From Vicugna vicugna (lineage: Eukaryota): a stretch of 64,000 bases of DNA. The translations under genes and the position numbers were made by a program. Below, piece after piece: positions 48,671-62,205 of this stretch (position 1 is its first letter; each line of letters opens with the position of its first letter). The notes beneath the pieces are model-generated. The model searched no databases. It saw nothing but the letters and a program-made list of their open reading frames with translations, and had not been told where the DNA came from. The stretch lies in the NCBI GenBank assembly GCA_013265495.1, contig MU057880.1, positions 1,580,527 through 1,644,526 on the forward strand, in the 5' to 3' direction.

Positions 48671-50476
48671 TTTTTAACGAAGATAATCTGCTTAGAACAG
48701 TTTAAGGTTCACAGCAAAATTGAGATTACCCCCTGCCCCAGGGCATACACAGCCTCCCCTACTAGCAACATCCCCACCAGATGGTACATTTGCTACAAGT
48801 GATGAACCTTATCGGTACATCATCATCACCCAAAGTTCAAAGTTTACATTAGGGTTCACTCTTGGTGGTGTACATTCTTTGGGTTTGGACAGAAGTATAT
48901 GGACGTGTATTCATCATTATAGTATAATACAGGGTATTTTCACTGCCCTAAATATCCCCTGTGCTCCAACTTGTCACTCCTCCTCTTACACCAGTCCCTG
49001 GCAACCACTGTTTTTTTTCACTGTCTCCACAGTTTTGCCTTTTCAAAAATGTCATATGTTGGAATCATACAGTATGTTGCCTTTTCATACTGGCTCCTTT
49101 CACTTAGTAGTATGCAATTGAGCTTCCTCCATGTCTTTTCATGTCTTGATAGCTCATTTCTTTTCAGTGCTGAATAATATTCCATTAGCCAAATGTACTG
49201 CTATTTATCCACTCACCTACTGAAGGACACCTTCCTTACTCCTTCCAAGTCTTGGCAGTTATTAATAAAGCCCCTGTCAATACCCATGTGCAGGTTTTTG
49301 TGTGGATGTAAGTTTTCAACTCTTTTGGGTAAATACCAATGAGCATAATTGCTGGATTCTATATTAAAAGCTTTTTTTTTTGGTAAGACACTTCCAAGCT
49401 GTTTTCCAAGGCGACTGGCCCACCTTGCATTTTGTATTCCCATCAGCAATGAATGAGAGTTCCTGTTGCTCCACATCCCCACCAGCATTTAGTGGTGTCA
49501 GTGTTCTGGATTTTGGCCATTCTAATAAGTGTGTCTCATTGTTTTGATTTGCATTTTCCTGATAACACATGATGTGGAGCATCTTTTCAAATGCTTAATT
49601 GCCACCCATGTATCTTCTTTGGTGAGGTGCCTGTTAAGTCCCTGGCTTATTTTCTACATGGATTGTTTGTCTTCCTTTTTGTTTAAAGAGTTCTTTATAT
49701 ACTTTGGATATAAAGTATCAGATACGTCTTTTGCAAATATTTTCTCCCCATCTGTACTTGTCTTCTCAGTCTCTTGACATTGTCTTTTGCAGAACAGAAG
49801 CTTTTAATTTTTTAATGAAGACCAGCTTATCAACTGTTTCTTCCATGGATCGTGTCTTTGATGTAGCTACAGGACATCACCACACCCAGGGTCATTTTGT
49901 TTTCTTCTGTGTTATCTTTTAGGAGTTTTATAGTTAAATATTTTACATTTAAGTTTGTGATCCATTTTGAGTTAATTTTTGTGAAGGGGTAAGGTCGGTG
50001 TCGAGATTCATTTTGGGGGGATTTTTTGCATGTGGATATCTACTCGTTTCAGCACTATTTGTCAAAGACAATATCTTTGCTCCATTTGTTTTGCTTTTGC
50101 TTCTTTCTCAAAGATCAATTGACTATATTTATGATTTCTTGGCTTTCCATTCTGTTTAATTAATCTATTTGTGTGTTCTTTCACCAATCCAACACTGTCT
50201 TGATTCCTGTAACTTTATAAGAAGTCATGACATTGAGTAATGTCAGTCTTTCAGTTGTGTTCTTCTCTTGAATTGGGTATTCTGAGTCTTTTGCCTCTCC
50301 ATGTAAGCATTGAAATGTTTGTCATTATCCACAAAACAAGTCACAGGGATCTTGACTGGCTGATATTGCACTGAGTCTATGGATTAAGTAGGGAAGAATG
50401 GACATTTTGATAATTTTGAGTCTTGCTGTCCATGAGTATGGAATATTTCTCCATTTATTTAGGTTTTCTTTGATTG
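48671..50476 (-). mobile_element. Older L1M fragment (ORF2 3' part plus 3'UTR)
   Basis: aggttcacagcaaaattgag 3' end; frameshifted ORF2-like minus ORFs; ttttggccattctaata motif. Confidence 0.9.
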
Positions 50477-52368
50477 AGGTATATATTTTTAAATGAAGAA
50501 TATTATTTTAAAATTACCTTTAAAAGAAATTAGCAATAGGGTATCTAAGGCTCAGAGAAACTCAAGGTCACACAACTATAAGAAACAGGATAGGGATTTC
50601 AATCCAGACTGTCTGATTCTAAAGTCCATTCACTTCACTGTTTTTTTTTTTAAGGACATAAGGAGTTAATTTGATGTAGAGAGTGGAGGAGGAGAAGGGC
50701 TAAAGTATTGTGTTTCATTTTCTTGTTTGTATAGCTGGGTAAATAAATGCCATTCAATGAGACAGGGAACGTGGGAAGGAGAGTAGGTTGGGAAAACATG
50801 AGTTTAAGGACATGGTTTTTTTTATGTATGAACCATTCTTGGGATGTACAAGTATAGGTATAATATGTATACAATAAGGATAGATGTATGCAAGTATTAA
50901 GTTTCATTAGATAGCTGAAATATACATCTGGGGTTCAGAAGAGAGAATTTAGTAACTAAGGAATTTTTATTGTAAATAGCAGTGAAAAGTCAGAATTTAT
51001 TTCCATTGGTGAGGACAGAAGATTGGCATCAAATAAAAACAGTGACGAGATCAGAAATGTGTCTTGACTGATTATCGCTGGAAAGAATTGACCTATGTGG
51101 CACCTCCAAGGGCCCGTCATTCAAAAGCATGCTTTGCAAAACACATGGGATGTCCACTCATATGTTCATTACCCCACTTAATCACTCATTCGTCTGTGAC
51201 ACAAACTAGTACAACAAGCTAATTCAAATGCACAATTCATTCAGAAATCCTACAACAGAGGATAGTGTGGTACAAGAATACCTTTACATTGTTCTTTGCG
51301 TTCAGATCTAGAACAAATGAGTTTAATTCTCCTCTGAGACTAGCTTCTTTATAATTATCATTTGGGGAGCGGAGTGACACAGTAAATCCACATACATTGA
51401 CACAAAGGCTAGCACGATTCAAAAGGAAACTAAAGCTGTCCTATATCACAGAGGGACAACTGATGAGGCACCCTCAAGCAAAAAAAGACTTTCCCCCAAA
51501 TGAAACATGTCTGAAGATTACACGTCGACTCTTCAAGATGCCACACACACGCACACACATACAAATGCCATGCCAGTGGCAGACTTTCAGGAAATGTTTG
51601 AACTTCTGTTAAGGCAGAGGGAGTAAATATGTTACATCTGTCTTTCTTTCTTTCTTTGTTTAGATTTTGTTGCTATTGCAGAATTTTTTTAAAGGTATTA
51701 TCTGCTACTGTCATTTGTCCTCTAACCCTTTGTATGCCCATAAATAAAAGAATAATTTAAGAATACCTTAAATTACAAAAAAAAAACATTGATTAACTCA
51801 ACCAGCTTCCTTGCTACAATCTCAATGACAGTTTTTCTCTACCAACACTTGTTTCTTTCTGACATTTCAACTTTATGTTTTTGAGTTACAGAAGAATCTG
51901 AATATGGTATTTGACTACTCTTATCCACCACCCATATCAGTGTAATTACTTTTCTTGCTGATATACAGGAAGATTTTACTCAGACCATTGCACTATTAAT
52001 TACATGCTTAATGCTCTTATGCACAGATATCACGTCTTATGTGAGGGTTGAATACATTCATAACATTCTTGAATAAGATAAACAAATCCATTTGGGATTT
52101 CCTGTAGGCTGTGGACTTGCCTTCCAAATTGGCTGGGAAACAAATACATGTGGTTACTGAAAACTACCAAGAATATTTCCTTTAATTAAAAATAAATAAA
52201 AAAATAAACAAATCTAATTACCACCAAAAAACTAAAAAATAAAAATAATTTTTTAAAAGTAGGAAATTTATTTCATCCCAATACTCAAGCCACATTCTAA
52301 GATCTATTTCATTGATAATTAAGATGAGATTTCATCTTAAACATAATTTTTTTAAATTTCTCAGTTAT

Positions 52369-52400
52369 ACACACACACCACACACACACACACACACACA
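52369..52400. repeat. (CA)n microsatellite
   Basis: Directly visible. Confidence 0.9.
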
Positions 52401-54589
52401 GAGGTTCCTCAAATTTTACCAGAGAAAAACATAAATAAATTCAATGAGAATTTATGAGCATTTATGATATATTCATACCTTCTTTAAATTCTATGGAAAG
52501 AAAATAAAATATTTCTCCTGAACTTACTATTTGGTGGAATAAAAGCTAATATTATTTGACAAAATAAAAACTAATATGTGTGAAGCATACAGAGATTAAG
52601 GGGTTAAGAATTCAACAGAAATTGAGAGAAAAGTGAGGTAGTTGGAGCTGGAGCAATTTTATATAGTTTTATAGAGGTGACTTTGATAAGGTAGCATGAA
52701 TAGAGGGCAGGAGGGACATCTTCCAGAGTGGAAGAAATTACAGGATCACACTTACTGAGCAGGGAAGACTGTGGTTGATTTTTCTGGAGAGGTGGAAAAG
52801 CCCCCCAGATTGCAGTGGAATAAAGCTTTACTTTCTGGTCAGTGATGATTATCAAAATAAAGAGCTATGTTTGTTAAGAGCATGGCTGTGAAAGCACAAT
52901 TTATTTGTATTTTGTAACCTTGCCCTGGCTCCGAATTTGATCCACTGCTGTAATATGACTGATCCTGTTTCTACATTATTCAGTTGCATTTTTATTTTGT
53001 GTGGCTGGACAGAAAATAGTCTGTCTTCACAACACCTCTGCAAAATAGACATTTACGTAGGGCTCCTTTCTAAAATCAGGCTGGGCTGAAATCCGATGAT
53101 GAAAAAATACAATGTGTCAAAAAGATTATTATTGGTACAACTCCACCAATAGATTTGATGGTATGTATTTCCCTGTAATGAAAATAAATGACAGCACTGA
53201 AGAAAGGAAACCCTTTGAAATTATTGCAATGTTGTTATTTCCCAACCCAAACAAATTCATTCTAATTTGTACACCTTTGTTTTTTGTTGCACTGAATCAC
53301 CTCATCGGTCTTGCACCGAGCTACGATTATTTCTCTTTAAGTAAATTGCAATTTTGATCTCTCCAGGCAAGGACACCTATATGATGAAGTGTTATTAGAG
53401 GTGACAAGATGGTAATAAATATAAAATTAAGGAAGCTTTTTTAATTTTGCAGGCAGTTTTCTATTACACTTCTTGGCTACGGTACCATAAGCTCATAGAA
53501 CAAGTGGTGGCCTGGTTAATCACCAGTATGGTGGGGTAATTTGTGATGACAGGACACCACGTGTGATCATTAAACACAGTGACTCTCTCATGCCTGTCAT
53601 CTCACTTCCTTTTGTCATTCTTGTCTTCCAAATTTGAAGACTAGGCAACAATAGAAAGCAAGAATAAATAGCCAAGCCTAACATTATATAAAAGCATCAA
53701 GAAATTTTTTCTCATTAAGAATCTTGCAACCATAAATACTTTTCACTAAATGACATGAAATTGTCTTAATTTATAAATCATGAATGGAAACCCTACACAT
53801 TTGATTATCCACAGTGTGAAGGTGACAAAATCATAAAACAGATTCTACATAATCATAATTTTTACTACAACTAAATGTGATTCCATTAACTATGGAGGAG
53901 TCACTAAATTGTCCAGGGCCATTCTTCACAATATTAAGCAAAAATCCATGGACAGGTTATAAATGTAAGAAAGTGAATTCTTTTAGATTTTGTATGCACT
54001 TCTTTTTTCAAAAATCATTATATGCTTTTTGATTTAATTCTGCCTTCTTCAGTCTTTGATCAGGGAGTTTAATTGCTCTACTTGGACTTTAGGGATTACA
54101 AACACCTGGCGTATTTCTTCAGGCAATCCAGAGACGCTGGGGACATCTACAAGGTAAGTTTCAGACCAAGCTGGCTCTGAATCCTGGCTGTATTACTTAA
54201 CTAGTTATCCACTGGCAAGTTGCCTTATCTCTATAAGTCCTAACGTTCCTCAACATGAGTATTAAAGGAAGCAATCTCTCAAAGCCCTCGCATCCAGAAG
54301 GGGCATACTAAAAACGAATCACTTGTCAAACACTGTGCATCTTTGGATATTTATAGATAAATGCTAATTGTGTAGTTGAATGATAGAAAAATGTTAAGGA
54401 ATAGTTTTTGGTTTTTAGTAACAAAATCGGTAAAAGAGTATGACAAACTAATATAAGAATATATTTTTGTATCAATTAAAAAAAAATCCAGAATTAGGCA
54501 CATCAGTGCTGGGGCATCAGGAAAAAGATGACAAGGACACAACCAACCATTTTCAAGGGGAAAAAAGGATGCTTGCATTTTAGAAGTTG

Positions 54590-56900
54590 AGATATTAAAA
54601 CTAGAGGATGCAACAAACGTTATGTCAATATATTTGATAATTTAAATGAAATAGACAAATTACAAGAAAAATAATAGACTCTCAAAAATAGAAAATTTTA
54701 GTAGTACAGTATTAAAATATTGATTTGATAACATACTCCTACCATTGTGAGAGCTTATGGCTTATGTTTTATCAGTGGTGAGTTCTAACAAGTATTTGAG
54801 AAATAAATAATGTCAATTAAAAGATTGCTATACAATAGTAGAGAAAGTATTTCCTGCTGTATTTTATGAGGGTAGGGTTTTGTACGATAGTAAAATCTGA
54901 CAGTACCTATGAAAGCATGAAAAACTACTGATTATTTTCAGTAGTCAGCAGATTTGTAAATACCCTAAACAATACGTTAGAATTAAATTCATAAATACAT
55001 GCATTTTTAAGTATCTTATGTTGACCAACTTTGCTTTATCCAAGTAATGTGAGAAGGTTTATTATTAGGAAATCAATTACAGCATTTTCCATATTAACTG
55101 ATTAAAGAGCAAAGCAAAACTTACAGTGATCTTACTAAAGGTAGAAAAAGCTTTTGGTGAAATTGAACATCCATAATGATGAGACTATTAAACTAGAAAA
55201 GGAAAGTAAATCTCCTTTCTCTGATAAAAAAAAATCAGCAAAAATAATTTACAGTGAGGGATCCAATGGGAAAAGGCTGAAATCTATCACTTTAAGATCC
55301 AGAAGGTGACAAATATACCATTTCTTGCCATTTGTATTGAATTATATACAGAGGTCTTGTCCAGAGTTGAGAAGAAATGAAAAGAAACCAAAAGGCTTAA
55401 AAAGGAAAACTCAAAGTTATTGGTGTAAGATGGTATAATTATGTACACAAAATAAAATAAAAATGGAGTATTAGATTTTATAAGCTAATTTAATAATTTT
55501 ATTATATATGAAATATAATGCACCTAGAAAAAAATCTAAGAAAATTTTGTATAAATCAAAGAACAGAATTGTGAAACTATATTGAGATAGATTCGATAAT
55601 TCTTAATAGATTGAGAGATATGTCTTGCTCATATATTGGATGTCTTGGTATTATTAAGACATCAACTCTCCCCAAATTTATTCACAAGTTTCAAACAATT
55701 TCACTCAATTCCAGTAGGCTTTTTTTGGTTTCTAGTGGAACATAATAAATTGATTCAAAAACTTATTAAGAAGTACAAAATGCTGAGAAGATGCTTACTG
55801 TAGAGCTAGGACAAGTTGGAAAGATAGGTCTTCTAATATTGAAGACAGTACATTATGTAAAAGAGATAAATGAGCAAATGGAACAAAATTGAAAGTTACT
55901 GCACAAATAAGTAGTCATATGATCAATAAACATGGGATAAAACTCTTCATTTCACTAATAACCAAGGAAATTTGAAACTATAAACACAATGAGATACTGT
56001 AACACACATGCCCAATGGACACCAATTTTCAAATCAGGCCTTCCCAAGGTTTGGTGAGACTTTACAACAAGAGCTGGAGAGATTCTAGAACTCTCATTCA
56101 CTATTGATAAGAGAAGATTGGCCCAACTATGTTGAAAAGCCAGTTTGGCATTATACAGTGACATTGCATGTGATCATTTTAAAAAACTCAAACAATTTTA
56201 GTCCTACGTAGTAAACCTAGGGACATTCTTGTCAGTAAGAACTGAATGATTGTGTTCCTCCTGAATTCCTATGTTGAAGTCCTCGGTCCCCAGTGTGATG
56301 GTTCAGAGGTTGGGCCATTGGAGAGTGGAGCCAACAGGAACAGGATTAGTGTCCACCTGGGAAGAGGAGACAGAGCGCTCTTCCTCTCTCCCTCCGTGTC
56401 TGCCATCTGAGGATGCAGGGAGAAGATGCAGGTCTGCACACCAGGAAGAGGCACTCACCAGTGCCTGACCACACGAAGACCTTGATCTCGAACTTCCAGC
56501 CTTCTGTTGTTTAAGACAGCTAGTCTGTGGTATTTTTGCTCCAGCAGCCTGCACTAAGGTAACTGTATCCAATACATGTAGCAGCGCTATGTTTTCAAGC
56601 CCCAAATTGGAACAGCCCAGATATTTAACATTAAAAGGAGTAAAATTATTACGCAGGCATAAATGGAATACCACAGTGCACTAAAAATGAACAACAGCTA
56701 AATGCAACCATCTGAGTGAACTTCACAAACAATATTAATTAGAAAGAAGCAAATCATAGAAGAATGGGTACTATGTAATGCCATTTCTATGATTCAAAAA
56801 CAGACAAAACCACACACGCATGTTGTGTATGTGTTTGTATGTATGTATGTGGAAAAGGGGGTGTATGAAGTAAAATTGTCTGAAATAGGAAGGAAATGAT
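54590..56900 (+). mobile_element. Very old, decayed L1M fragment
   Basis: A-rich ORF2-like text (aatgaaatagacaaatt..., agaaaaagcttttggtgaaattgaacatcc, gtcttgctcatatattgga); interrupted by MLT1. Confidence 0.75.
56235..56560 (+). mobile_element. MLT1A/B-like MaLR LTR
   Basis: actgaatgattgtgttcctcctgaattcctatgttgaagtcc...gaacttccagcc...gtctgtggtattttt...cagcagcctg. Confidence 0.85.
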
Positions 56901-57406
56901 ATTTCCTGAGTATGTGTATATATGTATATGTAGTGCACTATATGTATATATGTGTATTGTGTATATATATATGTATGTGTTTATGTATATATATTTTTAA
57001 AGTTTGTCTTATTTATAAGTTTTGACAAATGTATATTTTTTGCAAGGGTTATGCTGCAATATTAGTTTTAGAAGAGTGAAAAATGCACAAAAATTGACAA
57101 TGAAACATAAGATGAGACATTTACAAGCCTTGCCTGCACTGCTACTTCCAGGTGCTGACTATCTAAAAGTATACATACACAAAGAAAAATTCAAACACTG
57201 ACTTATAATAGTGAAAGGGAAGAAAAAATGAAAGCATGCAATGTTAACATAGGGTTGGAGTGGAAAATAGTTTGCCCTGGATGGGATCTCTTCCATGGAT
57301 GAATTAAAAGTCAAAAGGAAGATGCGGTATTGTTTTTCTAGAGTAGAATTGCTCCTTTAAAAACACTCCTAGCCTTCCCTAAGCTTAAAGGCTAGTGGTT
57401 ATTTCC

Positions 57407-58300
57407 AGCTTTTATACAGCTAAGGAAAACATCAACAAAACAAAAAGACAACCTACAGAATGGGAGAAAATATTTGTAAATGATGCAATTGACAAAGGGA
57501 CTAATTTCCAAAATATACAAATAGCTCATACAGCTTAATATTAAAAAAGCAAGCAATCCAATCAAAGAATGGACTGAAGACCTAAATAGACCTTTCTCCA
57601 AAGAAGACATCCAGATGGTCAAACAAGCACATGAAAAGATGCTCAACATCACTACTTATCAGAGAAATGCAAATCAAAACTACGATGAGGTATCACCTCA
57701 CACTGGTCAGAATGGCCATTATTAAAAAGTCTACAAACTGTAAGTGCTGGAGAGGGTGTGGAGAAAAGGGAACCCTCCTACACTGTTGGTGGGGGTGTAA
57801 ATTGATGCAGCCGTTATGGAGGACAGCACGGAAGTTCCTTAAAAAACTAAAAATAAACTTACCATATGATCCAGCAGCCCCACTCCTGGACATATATCTA
57901 GAGAAAAATATAATCCAAAAAGACTCATGCACCCCAATGTTTACAGCAGCACTATTTACAGTAGTCAAGACATGTAAACTATCCAAATGTCCATCAACAG
58001 ATGATTGGATAAAGAAGCTGTGGTATATTTATACAACGGAATACTGCTCAGTCATCAAAAAGAATAAAATAATGTCATTTGCAGCAACATGGATGGACCT
58101 GGAAATCATCATTCTAAGTGAAGTAAGCCAGAAAGAGAAAAAAATACCATACGATATCACTTATATGTGGAATCCAAAAAAAAAAAAGGACACAAATGAA
58201 CTTATCCTTAAAACAGAAACAGACTCACAGGCATGGAAAACAAAGTTATGGTTAGCAGGGATTAAGGGGGTGGGAAAGAATGAACTCGGGATTCAACAAT
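57407..58300 (+). mobile_element. L1 ORF2 C-terminal fragment (CCHC region)
   Basis: ORF 57631-58335 [14 protein letters not shown]...[18 protein letters not shown]...FAATWMDLE is L1 ORF2p. Confidence 0.95.
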
Positions 58301-58307
58301 TGTACCT

Positions 58308-58455
58308 CTTGGGGAGTGATGGAAATGTTAGCTAATTTGATTGTGGGTGTGGTTTCATGGGTGTAAACATCTATCAAAGTTCATCAAATTGTACATCTGA
58401 AGCATGTGTAGTTTACTGTACAGGAACCGTACCACAATAAAGATGTTAAAAAAAG
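58308..58455 (+). mobile_element. 3' end of an older L1M subfamily
   Basis: ggagtgatggaaatgtt...tcatcaaattgtacat...caataaagatgttaaaaaaa. Confidence 0.75.
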
Positions 58456-59152
58456 TTACAGACAGAAGGACAGAGCTACAAAAATTAAGCAGACACAAGC
58501 ATTCACACGGTGCAGCCGTCTGGGAGTATTTTGTGTAGACACAAATAGCCTTCTAACTTTAACAGTTCCTTCCAGGAGAACCAGTCTTTACACCTGTAGA
58601 AATATTGATGGTGATCAGTAGTGATTTAGTAACATTTCCATGGTGCTGATCCCATTGTGATTAAAAAGTCAGCAAACACGATGTATTGTAATAAAATAGC
58701 CACAAATATTGTATGACAAAAAGAACAGGGGCGAGTGCTTAATAAGGTTAGCTTAGGTCATCTGAACAGTGTCAGCTCGTGAATATACGAATGTGAAGGG
58801 GTCTGGATACCTTAGGACTACTCACTACAGAAGAGGAAATTAGAGACCGGAGATGAGTACGGAGGTCCTCGAGGTCATTGTGCAAATGAATGCAAAGTTA
58901 GTTTTAGATATCAAATCTCAGTTCCCTGTATTTGCACCCCCTATGTGACGTCCCCAAATTAAGGACAAAGGATGTGTGATTAGATTCATGCTTATCCTTA
59001 CGATACATAGTGAAGCCAAGAGTAAAAAAAAAAATACGATAATATTAAAAGCTGATATTAATGAATGCTAGTGATTAAGCCAGGCTAGCTACCACTATAA
59101 GCCTTGTAGGACTACCCACTCCTTTCATATTTATAAAAACTCTCCGAGTCAC

Positions 59153-59430
59153 TGGATTAGTTGTGTACTTCTGCAAAACAAGCCAGCCCCAAACCTCTGA
59201 AGCTTAAAACTTACGTCCGTTTTCTCTGTCAGTGATGTGGTGATGTAGCCCCTTGGCCTTTTCTCATTTGAGGCTGAGGTGATTATATTCATTTGGGGTT
59301 GGAAGGAGGCTGTTTTGTTTAAAATGGCATCATCTGTGTGTCTGGCGAGTGAGGGCTGTGAGCAGGCCCTGGTGGCTCCAGTAGCTGGTCTGCGGTCTAC
59401 AGAGGGCAGCCATCATCTCAGAGGCAAGTT
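59153..59430 (-). mobile_element. Old MaLR (MLT1-like) LTR remnant
   Basis: ttagttgtgtacttctgcaaaacaagccagccccaaacctctgaagcttaaaac resembles the reverse MLT1 start. Confidence 0.5.
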
Positions 59431-59566
59431 CCAACACACAGGCTCTTTTTGTTCTTTTTTGGATATTTTGTATAATGATGGGTCTCTTACCAAATTACTC
59501 AGCTTTACTAGAATTCTAAGGATCAGAATCTTGTTCTTTAGAAAATCAGCCTTCTTTAATCTTTTT

Positions 59567-59880
59567 TTAAATTAACATGTATGTGATTTACAATGTTGTG
59601 TTAGTTTCTGGTGTATAGCATAGTGATTCTGTTTTACGTATATATATTCCTTTCCATATTCTTTTTCATTATAGGCCATTACAAGGTGCTGAATATAGTT
59701 CCCTGTGCTCTACAGTAGGAACTTGTTGTTTATCTATTTTATATCTAGTAGTGTGTATCTGCAAATCTCAAACTCCCAATGTATCCTTCCACCTCCCCCT
59801 TTTCCCCTTTGGCAACCATAAGTTTGTTTTCTATGTCTGTGAGTCTGTCTCTGTTGTGTAAAGAAGTTCATTTGTGTGTT
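59567..59880 (-). mobile_element. 5'-truncated L1 with 15-bp TSD
   Basis: TSD ttctttaatcttttt at 59552-59566 and 59881-59895; L1 3'UTR on the minus strand. Confidence 0.92.
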
Positions 59881-60990
59881 TTCTTTAATCTTTTTGTTTG
59901 TATTTGTTATAACTCTGTCCTTTCAGTCTTCGAGTTTTATAAGGATGATCTTGAGTTTTTCAAACTGTCTCAATTTCATTGAGTGAGAATTTTTTAAATT
60001 GTTTTGTCTATTATTAAAAACATGGTTTTGTTTAAATTCTCTCCCATACAGGAAGAAGCCAGCATATTTCTGTGGCTGTTGTGCTGGTGTGAAACTAAAA
60101 AGTAAATGAAACTCAAGGGAAAGAGGAAAACTCAGGGTTAGCTGCTTCATGTTAGAAACTTCACTTTCAGACTCTCCACCCAAAATTAGTGGCCAAATCA
60201 TAGAGATATTTTGCTTTATATCAGTGAGCATAATTGTCCTTAAATTGTCAAAAAATCTCTTCTTTTGTAAAAACTTCTGGCACAATGTTGTAGCCCAATC
60301 TACAAGTATCAAGCTCATTCTCAGTGGAGCTTTGAGTCCTCAAACTGAATGAGTGACGTGTCAGGTTGATTGACTGTAACTGATCAAACCACTTTGTTTA
60401 GGTTACTTTTAATGCAATTATCTTTGCAATTTTAATTAGCATGGACAAGGCCAGAGGAAGACAGAAATTGTTTCTGAATTTTCCTTTATCACAAATGGTC
60501 ATGTAAGATTGTTTAGTAGTTCGTTATGTCAGGATGGTGTAAAAATTAGTTTTTGATGATAATAAAAGTGGAGCAGAACTTCTAAGTGCTAGTGAAATGG
60601 AGACTTAGTGATAAGTAATAATTTATCTTGTAATACTTCATAAGCATGAGCTAGATTAATGGAAGCACTTTAGTAAATAGTCTAGAATAATAAACGATGA
60701 TGTAAATTTTCCTATTCCAGTCAAAGATGGAGTCTTTGGTGTTTCTCAGTTTATCTTTTGCTTCTGTGCTTTTGTGATTTTCTCATACCTCATCTCAACA
60801 ACATGACTGGTTCCCTTCTTTCACTTTCCCATCCTTCTGAAATTTTTTTTTCACTATCTATAAAATCTCTTAGAATGCCTAGACTTTGTAAAAGGATTTC
60901 CTCTTTCTGAGTGTATTGTGCTCAGGGATATTTTTGCTATTCCAGATTCTTATATAACCTACACAAAAGGCCAAATAGGGATTGCAATAT

Positions 60991-61752
60991 TGTTGCTGAA
61001 ACACAACCTCTGTACCCCGTTTGCCAAATTGAGACATAAGGACCGAGTTTTGGATGAAATAGAAAAAGCATCTTTATTTCTTTGCAGGCAAAGGAGGTCC
61101 CAGTGGGCTAATGCCTCTAAGACTGTGAGCCTGCTAGGGAGGGAGGGCAAGAGGTTTTATGTAAAAGTTCAAGAGGTGAAGGGTGGAGCTTATTTCCATA
61201 AAGATCACATACAGGGTAACATATTAATGCAAAGTTGTTCTTGTTTTTGCAGATGCAGTGGTCCTCTTCCCTCTGCTGGGTGTGAAGCTCACCTCTGGCT
61301 CTGGGACTCTTTAAATATTCTTGTACCTGGATCAAAGGATACATAGGAAGAGGCTCAATGGAAAAGAGCTCTAGAGAGAAACTTGTGCAGTTTAAAGTCA
61401 GGTGGATAAATGCTTTTAGACTTTTGAGCAGGCTGAGGCCTGAGACCTCCTGCTGCAGGCTGAGGGCTGCAGCTCAAACAACAGGACAGAAGGAAACCAC
61501 AAGGGGTCAAGAGGAGGGCACTGCAGACTGGAGCAGAGCACTGGGGTCAGGAGCAGGGCACTGAGCATGACCCCTGCACACAGCACCACAAGGGGGCTGG
61601 GTGGGCCACCCAGGCCTCCCTCCTCTCCAGCCTGAACCTGATCAGCAAGAGCATGAGACAAACCCTTTAAACCATTACACAGTTAGGCAGTTACAGACAC
61701 CATTACAGACACCAGATGGTCACTGGTGACAATAGGGCCCTGCTGGGTTATA
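60991..61752 (-). mobile_element. Solo ERV1-type LTR, 762 bp
   Basis: tgttgctg...gggttata termini (CA mutated); 4-bp TSD atat at 60987-60990 and 61753-61756; reverse aataaa (tttatt ~61074) and TATA-like (ttttat ~61155). Confidence 0.82.
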
Positions 61753-62014
61753 ATATCAGCTCCACTAATGGGACGGATTTGTGAATGCAGGTTGAACCTA
61801 GTGAGTGGCTTTCTACTCATCCTTCGCTGAACTGGACTTGTCCATCCAGTTGTGGGTACCACTGTTGGGACCTTGGTCTCTTTGTCACTTGGGGGCCAGG
61901 ATCAGAGGACAGCACTAGCCTTTATCAGAGCACAACAAGCAGCAATCCAAGGAACCAGGCACACCTGTGCTTTCCTCCCAGTCTCCCCCTCCCCCAGCCG
62001 TACACTTTGGCCAC

Positions 62015-62159
62015 AAAAGCATACGGAGCATCTTCCATGTGTCTGGCACTGTTGCATGCACAGGGGATACAGCAGTGAACTAGACAGGCTAGGACCCTGC
62101 TCTCATAACTTTTACAGCATAGTATGAATCATACATAAATAATTGTAGAAGTCATCAGA
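62015..62159 (-). mobile_element. L2 3' remnant
   Basis: gagcatcttccatgtgtctggcactgttg...ggggatacagcagtgaac..gaca. Confidence 0.7.
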
Positions 62160-62205
62160 NNNNNNNNNNNNNNNNNNNNNNNNNNNNNNNNNNNNNNNNN
62201 NNNNN
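62160..62205. other. Assembly gap (46 N)
   Basis: Run of n characters. Confidence 1.

Noticed and set aside
53096..53199. C/D-box snoRNA (atgatga...ctga)
   Set aside because: No terminal stem, no recognisable rRNA antisense element and no host gene.
57631..58335. Longest ORF (234 aa) as a gene
   Set aside because: It is the L1 ORF2 C-terminus reading into the 3'UTR, lacking the EN/RT domains and a promoter.
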